64,000 nucleotides of DNA from an uncultured delta proteobacterium (lineage in GTDB: Bacteria; Myxococcota_A; Polyangia; Polyangiales; Houyiibacteriaceae): contig CAVVBB010000002.1 of assembly GCA_963746475.1 (NCBI GenBank), positions 390,639-454,638 on the forward strand, written 5' to 3'. Under the pieces are notes generated by a model, which saw only the letters and a program-made list of their open reading frames with translations, was not told the DNA's origin and did no database searches. The position numbers and the translations under genes are program-made. This document shows positions 8,972-18,464 of this stretch, in pieces; the stretch's first letter is position 1; the number at the start of each line of letters is the position of its first letter.

Positions 8972-10186
8972 CTACGCGCTGGGCTCGAAGGTTTGCGGCC
9001 GGAGTGTGCAGTGAATGCCGCCCTCGGCTTCGATGAGCGTGGCGCACTCGTTACAGTGGGTGCAGCCATTGCGATAGTCCACTCGGGCTTGCGCCTGCTT
9101 CGGCATGTCCGGGTCGTAGATAAGGGCGCGGCCGAGCTGTATGAAGTCGAATCCCCGGCGCATGAGGGTGGCGATGCTCTCGCTCGTGCAGACGCCGCCG
9201 ATGTAGCAAACGCCGCACTGCACCGCGTCGCGAATGCGCTGGGCGTGCTCGAGGAAGTACAGCTCTTCGTAGGGGTACTGCTTGAAGAACATTGGCCCGG
9301 CCATGCGGATGCCGAGCTTCATGAGCGGGTTCTTCTCTTGGGCGATGACGCCCTTCATGATGCTGTCCCCGCGGAACAAGAGCATAGGGTTCATGCTGCT
9401 CGTGCCGCCACTGCAGACGATCACGTCGATGCCGCCAGCTTCGAGGAACTTGGCGATCTGCACGGAGTCCTCGTAGCGAACGCCGCCGCGCACGCCGTCG
9501 GTCATGCTGATCTTAGCGAGCAGCGGGTAGTCGCTGCCCACCGCCTCGCGGATCTCCGCCAGGACCTCGAGCCCGAAGCGCAGGCGGTTGCGCAGAGAGC
9601 CGCCGTATGCGTCAGTTCGCTTGTTGGTCTTGGGGCTGATGAACTGACTGATACCGTAGCCGTGCCCGAAGTGAATCTCGATGGCGTCGAAGCCTGCGGA
9701 CTTCATGAAGCTCGCGGCGCGGCCGAAGACTCGGACGCGTTCCGCAATCTGCGTCTGCGTCATCGCTGCGACGCGTGAGAGTCCGTACGTCACGCCGAGT
9801 GGGTTGAAACCGGCGGACGGCCCCAGGGGGCGCTTCCCGCTGAACGCGCGGTTCTTGGTGAAGCTTCCGCAGTGCCCGAGCTGACCGCAGACCTTGGCGC
9901 CGGTGCGGTGCACGCTGCGGATGAGGTTTGCGAGCTCGCTGCGGATACCTTCGTGCATGTAGAGCATGTTTTCGTGGATGCGTCCGTCCGACTCGGCCGA
10001 GCAGTAGCCGATGTTGGTCATCGCGACGCCGCCCTGGCCGATTCGCTCGTGAAATCGGCGGAGCGCCTCGCCCGGAACTCCGCCAGGGGTCTTTCCTTCG
10101 AAGGTGGCCGCCTTCAGCAGGCGGTTGCGCAGCTGCAGCCCGTTGATGCGGGCTTCGGAGAAACATTTGTGAAGCGGGTCGGCCAT
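8972..10186 (-). CDS. NADH:flavin oxidoreductase, Old Yellow Enzyme family
   Basis: 404 aa. FMN TIM-barrel motifs: LKAATFEG, CGQLGHCG, FDAIEIHFGHGYGISQFISPKTNKRTDAYGGSLRNR. Confidence 0.85.
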   Translation of the reverse strand: MADPLHKCFSEARINGLQLRNRLLKAATFEGKTPGGVPGEALRRFHERIGQGGVAMTNIGYCSAESDGRIHENMLYMHEGIRSELANLIRSVHRTGAKVCGQLGHCGSFTKNRAFSGKRPLGPSAGFNPLGVTYGLSRVAAMTQTQIAERVRVFGRAASFMKSAGFDAIEIHFGHGYGISQFISPKTNKRTDAYGGSLRNRLRFGLEVLAEIREAVGSDYPLLAKISMTDGVRGGVRYEDSVQIAKFLEAGGIDVIVCSGGTSSMNPMLLFRGDSIMKGVIAQEKNPLMKLGIRMAGPMFFKQYPYEELYFLEHAQRIRDAVQCGVCYIGGVCTSESIATLMRRGFDFIQLGRALIYDPDMPKQAQARVDYRNGCTHCNECATLIEAEGGIHCTLRPQTFEPSA

Positions 10187-10224
10187 CCTGGGCTCAGGCT
10201 ATCATCTGCGCCGCTCGAGGGCAG

Positions 10225-10920
10225 TCAGCCGAGGGCGCGCAGGCGTGCTTCCAAGGCGGCCCGATACCGAGCGAGGCCTCCGTCGACGTCGTCGACGCTT
10301 GGGCGCATGCGCTGGTCTTGGATACCGGGCCGGACGATTTCGAAGTCTCCGTCGGTGTGAAACCGAAGCATCGTCGTCGAGGCGTGTGGGCCCGGACCGC
10401 GCTCCAGCGCGTCCCCGTCGATTGCGATCAGGTCCTCATCGTCGTCGCGGTAGGCTTCGAGTAGCTCCTCCAGGCTGTGGACGGGGGCGGCCCCCGTGCG
10501 GTTGCCGCTGCTCGTATAGAGCCAGGGGAGGGCGTCCAGGATGGGCCGGATCTGCCGCAGGTGCGCGGAGTAAAGGAGCACCGAGCCCCCCGCGCAAGAA
10601 GCCTCGAGCCTAGGATCGAGCTTCTCCGGGTCGCCCACGGGCACGAGCACCGTCAGGCCCTCGACCTGCAAGCAGTGTCCGACCCGGCGTCGGACCGTCT
10701 CGCTCAGCGCTGTGGATTGCAAGAGGCTTCGCGGATCGGGTCGCCAGGAGCCGACGGCCTGCTCGCGCGGGCGGCGCTTGGCTTCATTGACGGCCGCGGC
10801 CGAGCTGGCCGCCACGACATAGCAGGGGTCCGCGTTGGGCAAGAACACGGCCTGTCCACGACGGAGGGCCGCGACGGCCTGCCGCAGGCCCGCCTCGTCC
10901 AGCGCTAGGACCCTGGCCAT
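10225..10920 (-). CDS. divergent YrdC/Sua5-like domain protein
   Basis: 231 aa. The YrdC pattern is weak but colinear: VFLPNADPCYVVAAS, NEAKRRPREQAV (K-x-R-P), LYTSSGNRTG (S-x-N-like), STTMLRFHTDGDFEIVRPG. Starts 13 nt after the DUF3556 stop. Confidence 0.55.
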   Translation of the reverse strand: MARVLALDEAGLRQAVAALRRGQAVFLPNADPCYVVAASSAAAVNEAKRRPREQAVGSWRPDPRSLLQSTALSETVRRRVGHCLQVEGLTVLVPVGDPEKLDPRLEASCAGGSVLLYSAHLRQIRPILDALPWLYTSSGNRTGAAPVHSLEELLEAYRDDDEDLIAIDGDALERGPGPHASTTMLRFHTDGDFEIVRPGIQDQRMRPSVDDVDGGLARYRAALEARLRALG

Positions 10921-10933
10921 CGTTCAGGCTCCC

Positions 10934-12598
10934 TCAGCGCGTCGACTTTCCCCAGGGCTGCAGAGGAAGCATGTCTTTGACCCAGGTTTCCCCTTCCTCG
11001 ATGACGCCATCGACGGCGTCCGCGATCGTCCAGTGAAGGGATTGCCGGATGAGCGGCTGTGATTCGACGAAGATGCAGCGAAGCTCCCCCGGCTGGAACT
11101 GACACTCCTGCTGCACGGTTTGCAGCAGCTGTAAGTCGTGCAGGTGGCCGTCGCCGAAGTTCCAACCGAGCACGATGCCGGCGATCACTTCGCCGTCGGC
11201 GTATTCGTACTGCTCCATGTCGTCTACGGCTTTGGGGAGGAGCTCCGAGAGGACCCGTCCTTGCAGGTGCATGGCGCGAAAGGCTGGCAGCCTGGACATG
11301 ATCAGCTCCGGGGTCTCTTCGTCCTCGTAGAAGCCCTCCAGCTGTGTGCGAATCGTCGGTGAGCTCTTCTTGATGTGCGCGTCGAGCTTCTTGCTGCTCT
11401 GTCCCTTGAACAGCCAGGCGCTGTAGGCCCAGTTGCCCGCGTAGTAACGCATGGAAAGCAGAAACGAGACCTTGCTCGGGAACAGGTTGCCGATCAGCGG
11501 CACCAAGAAGAGCGCGAAGAACAGGTAGGCGATCAGCACCGGAGAGTGGATGTCGAAGGCGCTCACCGCGGCGTGGTGCCCGAACAGAACGAAAGCGCCG
11601 TAGACCATCATGAAGTTCCACTCGATGGGAACGCCCATCGGAATGCTGCTCGTGATGAACAGGTGGAAGAGGAGCATCACCGTGAGGGCGACCGTAGTGC
11701 TGGTCCCGCCGTCACTGAAGACCAGCACCAGCGGGAACGTGATTTCGACAAACGCGCCGAAATGCGCCATCCGCTCGGCGAGCTTCGAAGGGCGAAGGTC
11801 CTCGGGAAAATTGCGGACCATCGCCTTTCGGAAGCCGGGTAAGACCTCGGTGAGTGGGCTGTTGGCCTGCATGACCGAAATGACCGAGGCGAAGTGACGG
11901 TTGAACTTCGAAATGGCTGCCCACATCCAAATGCCCAGCCACAGCAGCTTGCTGGCTGGCAGCCAGTCTCCAGCAAAGAGGAAGCAGACGAGCGCCGTGT
12001 AGTAGTGCTCGCTGCGCGCCATCAAGAAGATCGTCTGATCCGACAACCCGAGGATGGGCAGCAGGATCACGATCGGCAGGAAGGACGAGAGCTCGAGCGT
12101 GGGTGAGAGCAGGGCCTTGAACAAGAAAAAGCAGAGTCCCGCATAGAGGCTGACATCGAGCCAGCTGCGCTTGGAGCTGCCGAGCAGGGGGATCCCGGGC
12201 CAGACGGGGAGCTTGATGGTGCCCGGACGCAGAAGGTGCAAGAAGCCCCCGATGGGTGGATTGTATCGCCCCGTCAGCGGTCCGCTCGCACAGCCCAGGC
12301 CGAGCACCTCGAAGGCCATGCTCCAAAGGACCGCCTTCTGGAAGGCCACGGGCGTGTACCACCAGTCGGAGATGTTTCGAAAGCCCTCGATGCCCGGCGA
12401 AAGCTTGCAGAACGCCGTCCAGGCCCAGATGTAGAATGCGACCTTCAGCAGGTAGAACACGTAGATGACGAACGGGGTGCCGTAGCCCTGCAGGACCCAG
12501 GATTGGCAAGCCATCTTCAGGCGTTCCGGGTAGGGCTTGGAGCGATAGGTCGCGAGGTCGAAATCGGGGAGAGTCGGCTCCAGCAACTTCATGGGCAC
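10934..12598 (-). CDS. DUF3556 family transmembrane protein
   Basis: 554 aa with a multi-TM N-terminal two-thirds. QSWVLQGYGTP and FEVLGLGCASGPLTGRYNPPIGGFLHLLRPGTIKLPVWP resemble the DUF3556 family from memory. Confidence 0.6.
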   Translation of the reverse strand: MPMKLLEPTLPDFDLATYRSKPYPERLKMACQSWVLQGYGTPFVIYVFYLLKVAFYIWAWTAFCKLSPGIEGFRNISDWWYTPVAFQKAVLWSMAFEVLGLGCASGPLTGRYNPPIGGFLHLLRPGTIKLPVWPGIPLLGSSKRSWLDVSLYAGLCFFLFKALLSPTLELSSFLPIVILLPILGLSDQTIFLMARSEHYYTALVCFLFAGDWLPASKLLWLGIWMWAAISKFNRHFASVISVMQANSPLTEVLPGFRKAMVRNFPEDLRPSKLAERMAHFGAFVEITFPLVLVFSDGGTSTTVALTVMLLFHLFITSSIPMGVPIEWNFMMVYGAFVLFGHHAAVSAFDIHSPVLIAYLFFALFLVPLIGNLFPSKVSFLLSMRYYAGNWAYSAWLFKGQSSKKLDAHIKKSSPTIRTQLEGFYEDEETPELIMSRLPAFRAMHLQGRVLSELLPKAVDDMEQYEYADGEVIAGIVLGWNFGDGHLHDLQLLQTVQQECQFQPGELRCIFVESQPLIRQSLHWTIADAVDGVIEEGETWVKDMLPLQPWGKSTR

Positions 12599-12722
12599 GC
12601 ATCCTATCCGGAGCTGGACCGGAGGTCAGGTGCGAAGTGTTCAAAAACTCACACGACGGGCCTACGAGCGGGACTCGAGACGATTGCTGTTTTGCGGGGA
12701 CTGCCCCAGACTCGAGTTCGTG

Positions 12723-13577
12723 ATGGCGATGCGACGTCTCGCAGCGGCCCTGGTCCTGAGCATGTGTTTCCTGTTGGGCTGCTCGGGTGTGCTGCAGAGC
12801 TTCGCCGCGCGTATCGTCACGCGTCGGCTCGCCGACCAGTTCGGCCTGGACGAGGCGCAGCAGGCACGGACCCGAGAATCGGTCGATCGTCTGCTGGCAG
12901 AGGCCCCCGTCGCTCTGGACCGCCCGCTGACGGCGCTGGTCCAAACGGTGGACGCGGCGATTGCCTCGGGGCTGACGGAGGTCGAGCTCCTCGAGATCGA
13001 GCGCGAATTCGACGCCATTGCGGACATGGTGGTCGGGCGCGTCATCGACGAGGCCTCGCCGATCTTGGCGTCCATGAACGACGCTCAGATCGCGCACGCG
13101 GAAAACCGCTTCGCGGAGCGGTTCGAGGAGATTCGAGACGACATCGAGCGCTCGCCCAACAAGCGCCTCGAGCAACGGCAGGACGCATTCCTGGAGTCGA
13201 TCGAGGACTGGACCGGTGACCTGTCGAAGGAACAGGAGCGCGCGCTTCGGGCGCACCTCAGCCGACTGCCGGACGAGACCGAGCTGCGACTGCGCGCCGA
13301 GGAGAAAATCATCGCAGAGCTTGCCGCGGTGCTGCGGAGCCATCCCGGACCGACCGTGGTGCGCAGCGCGCTCTGGGACGCATGGAAGAGACGGGACGAC
13401 TGGGGGCCCCAGGCGCGCTCCGCAGAGGAACGAGACGCGCAGAGCCGCGCCACGCTCCTCTACATCGATAGCCTCCTGACGCCGACGCAGCGCGCGCACA
13501 GTCGCCAGCACCTCAAAGAACTGCACAGCAAGCTCGAGCGATTCTTCGGAGCGAACGGGTCCGAGGCGCATGACTGA
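12723..13577 (+). CDS. hypothetical lipoprotein, helical
   Basis: Start chosen at ATG 12723: MAMRRLAAALVLSMCFLLGC (lipobox LLGC). The rest is rich in E/R/L/A. The stop overlaps the next start by 8 nt. Confidence 0.6.
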   Translation: MAMRRLAAALVLSMCFLLGCSGVLQSFAARIVTRRLADQFGLDEAQQARTRESVDRLLAEAPVALDRPLTALVQTVDAAIASGLTEVELLEIEREFDAIADMVVGRVIDEASPILASMNDAQIAHAENRFAERFEEIRDDIERSPNKRLEQRQDAFLESIEDWTGDLSKEQERALRAHLSRLPDETELRLRAEEKIIAELAAVLRSHPGPTVVRSALWDAWKRRDDWGPQARSAEERDAQSRATLLYIDSLLTPTQRAHSRQHLKELHSKLERFFGANGSEAHD

Positions 13578-15045
13578 GCATCGCGAAACCTACGATGCCG
13601 TCGTGGTGGGCTCGGGTCCGAATGGGCTGTCCGCTGCGGTCGCTCTCGCGCAGGCGGGGGCATCGGTGCTGGTGCTGGAATCGAGCGACGAACTCGGCGG
13701 TGGCACGCGCACGGCGGAGCTGACGCTGCCCGGCTTTCAGCATGATGTGTGCTCGGCCGTGCACACCATGGGGATTCTTTCGCCGTTCTTTCGTTCCCTC
13801 CCGCTCGAGTCGCATGGCCTACGCTGGATTGCCCCGCCGGCTTCGGTGGCTCACCCGCTCGACGACGAGCCTGCGGTCATGCTCTGGCCTTCGCTCGACG
13901 AGACCTGTGACGGTCTGGGCATGGATGGCCCCTCGTACCGGAAGCTCGTCGAGCCGTTCTTGCGAGACCCGCACGGCTTTGTGCAGGACACCCTCGGGCC
14001 GCTCGGCTGGCCCCGTCACCCAGTGACCTTGATGCGCTTCGGTCTGAACGCGATCTGGCCGGCCAGCAGCTTTGCGTCGCTGCGTTTCACCGGACGCGCC
14101 AAGGCCCTGTTCGCTGGCTGCTCGGCGCATAGTATCCTGCCGCTCGACCGCGTGTTCACGGCGGCCCTCGGCATGATGTTCAGCATCGCGGGCCACATCG
14201 AGCCCTGGCCCGTCGCGGCCGGCGGTTCGCAGGCCATTCATCGCGCGCTGTCCAGCTTGCTGCGCGAGCTCGGTGGCCAGACCCGGATCGGGGTGCGCGT
14301 GAAGTGCCACGGGGATCTGCCGGCAGCGCGTCTGTACCTGTTCGACACCGACCCTCATCAGCTCGCGAATATTGCCGGGCCGGTCTTGCCATTTCGTTAT
14401 CTGGAGCGTTTGCGGCGTTACCGGTACGGGCCGGGCGCTTTCAAGCTGGACTGGGCGCTGAACGGGCCGATTCCTTGGAAAGACGAAAGCTGTCTACAGG
14501 CATCGACCGTGCATCTCGGGGGCACTCTCGAAGAGATTGCTGCGGGCGAGGCGGCAATGTTCCGTGGAGAGCACCCGGCGCGCCCCTTCGTTCTCCTCTG
14601 TCAGCAGAGTCAGTTCGACCCGAGCCGCGCGCCACAGGGGCAGCACACCGGCTATGCATACTGTCACGTGCCGGCGGGCTCTACCGTCGACATGAGCGAG
14701 GCCATCGAGAACCAGGTCGAGCGCTTCGCACCGGGCTTCAAGGAGCGGATCCTGGCCCGGCACGTCATGCGTGCGGAGGACTTCGCGGCGTACAATCCGA
14801 ACTTTGTCGGTGGGGCGATCACAGGGGGCGAGGCCAGCGCGACGCAATTGTTCACTCGACCCGTAGCTCGCCTCGACCCGTACACGACCCCCAACCCGCG
14901 CGTGCTGATCTGCTCGGCGTCGACGCCACCGGGCGGCGGCGTTCACGGCATGTGTGGCTACCACGCGGCCCAGACGGCCATCAAACGGCTCGCCCGTTTC
15001 GAGCCGGGCCCGCTAGTTCCCTCGATCGCAGGCTTGGGGGACTGA
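13570..15045 (+). CDS. NAD(P)/FAD-dependent oxidoreductase, phytoene desaturase (CrtI)-like family
   Basis: 491 aa. Rossmann motif: YDAVVVGSGPNGLSAAVALAQAGASVLVLESSDELGGG. Confidence 0.75.
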   Translation: MTEHRETYDAVVVGSGPNGLSAAVALAQAGASVLVLESSDELGGGTRTAELTLPGFQHDVCSAVHTMGILSPFFRSLPLESHGLRWIAPPASVAHPLDDEPAVMLWPSLDETCDGLGMDGPSYRKLVEPFLRDPHGFVQDTLGPLGWPRHPVTLMRFGLNAIWPASSFASLRFTGRAKALFAGCSAHSILPLDRVFTAALGMMFSIAGHIEPWPVAAGGSQAIHRALSSLLRELGGQTRIGVRVKCHGDLPAARLYLFDTDPHQLANIAGPVLPFRYLERLRRYRYGPGAFKLDWALNGPIPWKDESCLQASTVHLGGTLEEIAAGEAAMFRGEHPARPFVLLCQQSQFDPSRAPQGQHTGYAYCHVPAGSTVDMSEAIENQVERFAPGFKERILARHVMRAEDFAAYNPNFVGGAITGGEASATQLFTRPVARLDPYTTPNPRVLICSASTPPGGGVHGMCGYHAAQTAIKRLARFEPGPLVPSIAGLGD

Positions 15046-15117
15046 GCCCGGAGTCTGCGCTCGGAGGACCGTGTCCGAAGCCCCTCGCGCCCGTGCGAAC
15101 TGGGCTAGACTCGAGCC

Positions 15118-15597
15118 ATGGGCGAAGAGTTGGAGCGGAAGTTCCTGGTCGTGGGAGATGGCTGGCGACAGGGGTCTCAGGCCATGGATTACCGGCAAGG
15201 TTTTCTGTCGACGGTCCCCGAGCGCACGGTGAGGGTGCGGGTTGCGGGAAACCAGGCATGGATCACCGTGAAAGGGGTCGCGGTGGGCCTGCGCCGCCCG
15301 GAGTTCGAATACGAGATTCCCGTCGACGATGCGCGGCAGATGCTCGACGCGCTCTGCGAACGACCGCTCATCGAGAAACGTCGTCACAGGCTGACGGTCG
15401 CGGGTCACGTCTGGGAGATCGATGTGTTCGAGGGAGACAACGCCGGCCTGATCATCGCGGAGATCGAGCTTCGTTCAGAGAACGAGGCCTTCGAGGCGCC
15501 GCCCTGGCTCGGCCGGGAGGTGACTGGGGACCCCCGCTATTTCAACGCGAACCTCGTCGCCCGCCCTTTCCGAAGCTGGGCGGCCGAAGGCTTCTGA
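15118..15597 (+). CDS. CYTH domain protein (triphosphate tunnel metalloenzyme family)
   Basis: 159 aa. The N-terminal ELERKFLV carries the ExExK signature. Confidence 0.7.
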   Translation: MGEELERKFLVVGDGWRQGSQAMDYRQGFLSTVPERTVRVRVAGNQAWITVKGVAVGLRRPEFEYEIPVDDARQMLDALCERPLIEKRRHRLTVAGHVWEIDVFEGDNAGLIIAEIELRSENEAFEAPPWLGREVTGDPRYFNANLVARPFRSWAAEGF

Positions 15598-15615
15598 GGG
15601 GAGCCGAACGGCGCG

Positions 15616-17355
15616 CTAGGGCAGCGGCTCGGAGCTGAGGATATCCAGTCGCGCGATCTTCCAGATGCCCTGCTCGGGTGCGAGAGTGATGACTGCGTCG
15701 TGTGCAGTGCTCCTTTGGTGGAGATGGCCCCAGTGGCCGACCGAGCCACGGCTCTTCCACTTGCACCGGTAGCTGATGTCCGATTCGCCGGGGGCGTCCA
15801 CGGGTCGCACGTCGGTCATCTCGACCTCGTGAATGCGCAGGCGCGAGCTGTGATGGTCGCTCAGCTGCAGAGTCGGCGCGATTTCCCGGTAGAGCGATTC
15901 GACGATTTCCTGCGAGACGCTGGCGCTGAGCCTTCCGTACGCCCCGCTGTCCTGAGCGCCGTCCATGGCTCGATAGACGTTGTACAAGAGGGCTTCGATC
16001 GTAGGGCTGGCTTCGGCCCCGCTCGGGCTTCTGAGCTGCGGGGAGAGCGCCACTGTGTAGGTTGCTTGCGAGCGAGCCGTCCAGCCAAGGGCGAAGAGGG
16101 CAAAGGCAGCCAGCGCCAGCCATCCGCTGCGCCGCCGAATGGCCATCACGGCTAAGGCCAAGGCGAGCAGGCCGCCCAAGGCGAGCAGCACTGGCACGCG
16201 CAATCGGGACTGCGGGGCCCTCACGTCAACTCGGGCGGGACCCGCCGTGCGGCCATCTCCGTTGACCCAGTGCAACTCTCTGTGCCCGCCCGTCAACAGG
16301 TGCAGCGTGGCCTCGTGCTCGTCGGTGGCCGAGGCCGAAACCTTCGGCAGATGTGCCCCGAAAAGCTCCCAGCGCAGTCGCACGTCCTTGGGCAGACCGA
16401 GCACGGGATAGACGAAAATCGCGGCGACCGTCGCGTTCTTCGTGAGGATTCGCTCCTCCGGCGTGACCAGATTGGCGGCGTGCACGTCCCTGCGGATGAA
16501 GTGGATCCGGTCCAGCTGTGGATCGGGCTTGGTCCCGTCGACCTCGATCGCGATATTCTTCTCCAACAGCCAGGCGACCTTCGCGAGCATCTCCTCACGT
16601 GCTTCGGCAGGGATCTCTTCGTCCGGGTCGAGCTGCAGGTCCAGAAACGGTGCGAAGTCCGTGACCGGCCCAAGCACCTCGGCGCGCACTTCGTGAGGCT
16701 CGACGTACATGAAAACGTTGACCGGGGCTTCGTGCTGTCGCCCGAGCGACGGCCGCGAAAAACGCGAATGGAACGGGTTGCTCCAGTTCAGCTGCAGGGT
16801 CTCCGGGCCCTTCAGCGAGCTGAGCTCATTCACCGGCACGCCGTCGTGAAATGCGACGAACGCAAGCGAGATACGGGGCTGCCCCGAAGCGTCCATCGGC
16901 GGGCTCAGCCGTAGCTCATCGGGCCGAGAGGGGAACGGGTAGCGCAGGCGGACAAAGAGCAGGTCGTCTTCACGCGGCCGGTCCAGGGGCTTTCCTGTGA
17001 TCGAGTCGCGGTCGACGCGCTTGCGCTTGACGAAGACCTCGACCCAGCCAGACAGCGCCTTGCCGTCCGCCTCGACGCGAAGCTCAGAGCGCTTTGGGGT
17101 CGCCGTCGGCAGGGCCTCGGCCTTGGTCGTGCGGCGGACCAAACGGGGCAGGGCGGCTTTGGCCTCGTCCGCATCGATCTCGAGCTCGATCACCAGCCCG
17201 TAGCGGTCGACGGAGGCCTTCAGCAGGTTGCTGACGGAGGCCTCGGTGCTCCCCTGAATGCTGTCGGCCCCTGCCGGGCTCGTCAGAGCAAGCAACAGGA
17301 GGATCCCAAACCACAGGCGCCCTTCCGCCCAGCGCGTCCAAAGCATCCCTCTCAT
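15616..17355 (-). CDS. hypothetical exported/membrane protein (579 aa)
   Basis: Signal peptide LWFGILLLLALTSPAGA. A ~380-aa extracytoplasmic region is followed by two adjacent TM helices (VPVLLALGGLLALALAVMAI, WLALAAFALFALGW) and a ~150-aa C-terminal domain. No family recognised. Confidence 0.6.
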   Translation of the reverse strand: MRGMLWTRWAEGRLWFGILLLLALTSPAGADSIQGSTEASVSNLLKASVDRYGLVIELEIDADEAKAALPRLVRRTTKAEALPTATPKRSELRVEADGKALSGWVEVFVKRKRVDRDSITGKPLDRPREDDLLFVRLRYPFPSRPDELRLSPPMDASGQPRISLAFVAFHDGVPVNELSSLKGPETLQLNWSNPFHSRFSRPSLGRQHEAPVNVFMYVEPHEVRAEVLGPVTDFAPFLDLQLDPDEEIPAEAREEMLAKVAWLLEKNIAIEVDGTKPDPQLDRIHFIRRDVHAANLVTPEERILTKNATVAAIFVYPVLGLPKDVRLRWELFGAHLPKVSASATDEHEATLHLLTGGHRELHWVNGDGRTAGPARVDVRAPQSRLRVPVLLALGGLLALALAVMAIRRRSGWLALAAFALFALGWTARSQATYTVALSPQLRSPSGAEASPTIEALLYNVYRAMDGAQDSGAYGRLSASVSQEIVESLYREIAPTLQLSDHHSSRLRIHEVEMTDVRPVDAPGESDISYRCKWKSRGSVGHWGHLHQRSTAHDAVITLAPEQGIWKIARLDILSSEPLP

Positions 17356-17399
17356 GGTGCCCAGGGAACGAAAGCTCTGGCAAGACTCATGCTGAGGGC

Positions 17400-18056
17400 G
17401 TGCCTAATCGGCCGGATTTGTGTATGGTCCGGCTCGCGATGAGCGCTGATCTCTCAGGCCGCTGCGGCACTTGCGGTTGGTATGTACCCAAACGCACCGA
17501 ACCGGATGGGTCCATGGTCGGAGATTGCCGGCTCGGGATATTGCGCTGGCCGGTCCGGGACAGCGCCACTTGCTCGTCGCACAAATCCAAGGACACCCCA
17601 TGGACCCAGGCGCTCAAGCGCAAGCCGGCCGTGGGGGCACCTCGCCGGTATCGAGATGAGCCGGCGCCAGCGCCGCGTCCTTCCATCCCCCAGGAGATTG
17701 GTATCGACATGGATCAAGACACGTTTCGACAAGTCCTGCGCGAAGTCCTGCTCGACGAGCTCGGGGTCCGATCCGTCGAGATGGGAGACCGATGGAACGA
17801 AGGCGAGCTCGTGCTCATTCCGGGAAAAGAGGGCACCCAGGAGAAGCGGATTCCACTGGACGTCTTCTTCAAGAAGATCGTCATGGTGCGCGACAAGCTC
17901 CGGGTGCTGGAGCAGAAGATCAACGGGCACAAGGGCCTGTCGCACGAAGATAAGGTGCAGCTTCAGCAGTACATCACCGGCTGCTATGGCTCGCTGACTA
18001 CCTTCAACGTGCTCTTCAAGGACAAGGCGGATCAATTCGCCGGACAGAAGTCCTGA
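17400..18056 (+). CDS. hypothetical protein with N-terminal Cys cluster
   Basis: ORF runs from GTG 17400, with ATG alternatives at 17424 and 17439. It contains CGTCGWY...GDC...CSSH, then a Pro/Arg-rich linker, then a helical C-terminal domain (DVFFKKIVMVRDKLRVLEQKI). No family recognised. Confidence 0.55.
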   Translation: MPNRPDLCMVRLAMSADLSGRCGTCGWYVPKRTEPDGSMVGDCRLGILRWPVRDSATCSSHKSKDTPWTQALKRKPAVGAPRRYRDEPAPAPRPSIPQEIGIDMDQDTFRQVLREVLLDELGVRSVEMGDRWNEGELVLIPGKEGTQEKRIPLDVFFKKIVMVRDKLRVLEQKINGHKGLSHEDKVQLQQYITGCYGSLTTFNVLFKDKADQFAGQKS

Positions 18057-18077
18057 GCGCCTGCGTGGCAGCAAGGC

Positions 18078-18401
18078 ATGGAGCTTCATCGACTACTCGA
18101 CCGCCTTCCTGAGCAACTGTCCGAAGAGCGGGTCGACGCGCTGGTCCGTTCCGACGGGCTGCGCATCGAGCGAATCGTCTCGACCGGCCAGGCTTCGCCC
18201 CCTGGCTTTTGGTATGACCAGGACGAGAACGAGTGGGTCGTCGTGCTGAGCGGTCGTGCAGTCGTGCGCTGTGAGGGCGAGGACGATGCGAAGGAGCTGG
18301 GTCCGGGGGACGCGCTCTTGTTGCCCGCGCATCTGCGCCATCGGGTCGAATGGACCAGTCCGGACGAGCCGACCGTCTGGCTAGCCGTCTTCTGGCAGTA
18401 G
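18078..18401 (+). CDS. cupin domain protein
   Basis: 107 aa. Cupin-like motifs: EWVVVLSGRAVVRCEG and GDALLLPAHLRHRVEW. Confidence 0.65.
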   Translation: MELHRLLDRLPEQLSEERVDALVRSDGLRIERIVSTGQASPPGFWYDQDENEWVVVLSGRAVVRCEGEDDAKELGPGDALLLPAHLRHRVEWTSPDEPTVWLAVFWQ

Positions 18402-18430
18402 CCCTAGCCGTCCTTTGGGCAAGCCCCAGA

Positions 18431-18450
18431 AGTGTCAGGGAGTGTCAGGG
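18431..18450. repeat. tandem 10-nt direct repeat AGTGTCAGGG x2 (plus a partial third copy AGCGTC)
   Basis: Read directly in the convergent intergenic gap between the cupin gene and czcA. Confidence 0.9.
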
Positions 18451-18464
18451 AGCGTCCGATGACC

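Noticed and set aside
11712-13571. 619-aa ORF on the minus strand spanning the DUF3556 5' end and the lipoprotein gene
   Set aside because: It runs out of frame with or antisense to two well-supported genes. Its Arg/Pro/Gly-rich composition marks it as a GC-driven spurious ORF.
14304-15638. 444-aa plus-strand ORF overlapping the CrtI-like and CYTH genes
   Set aside because: It is an alternative frame of two recognisable genes and has an extreme Arg/Gly/Pro bias.
18431-18456. The short tandem repeat as a possible CRISPR or regulatory array
   Set aside because: Only two and a half 10-nt copies with no spacers. It is far too short to be an array.
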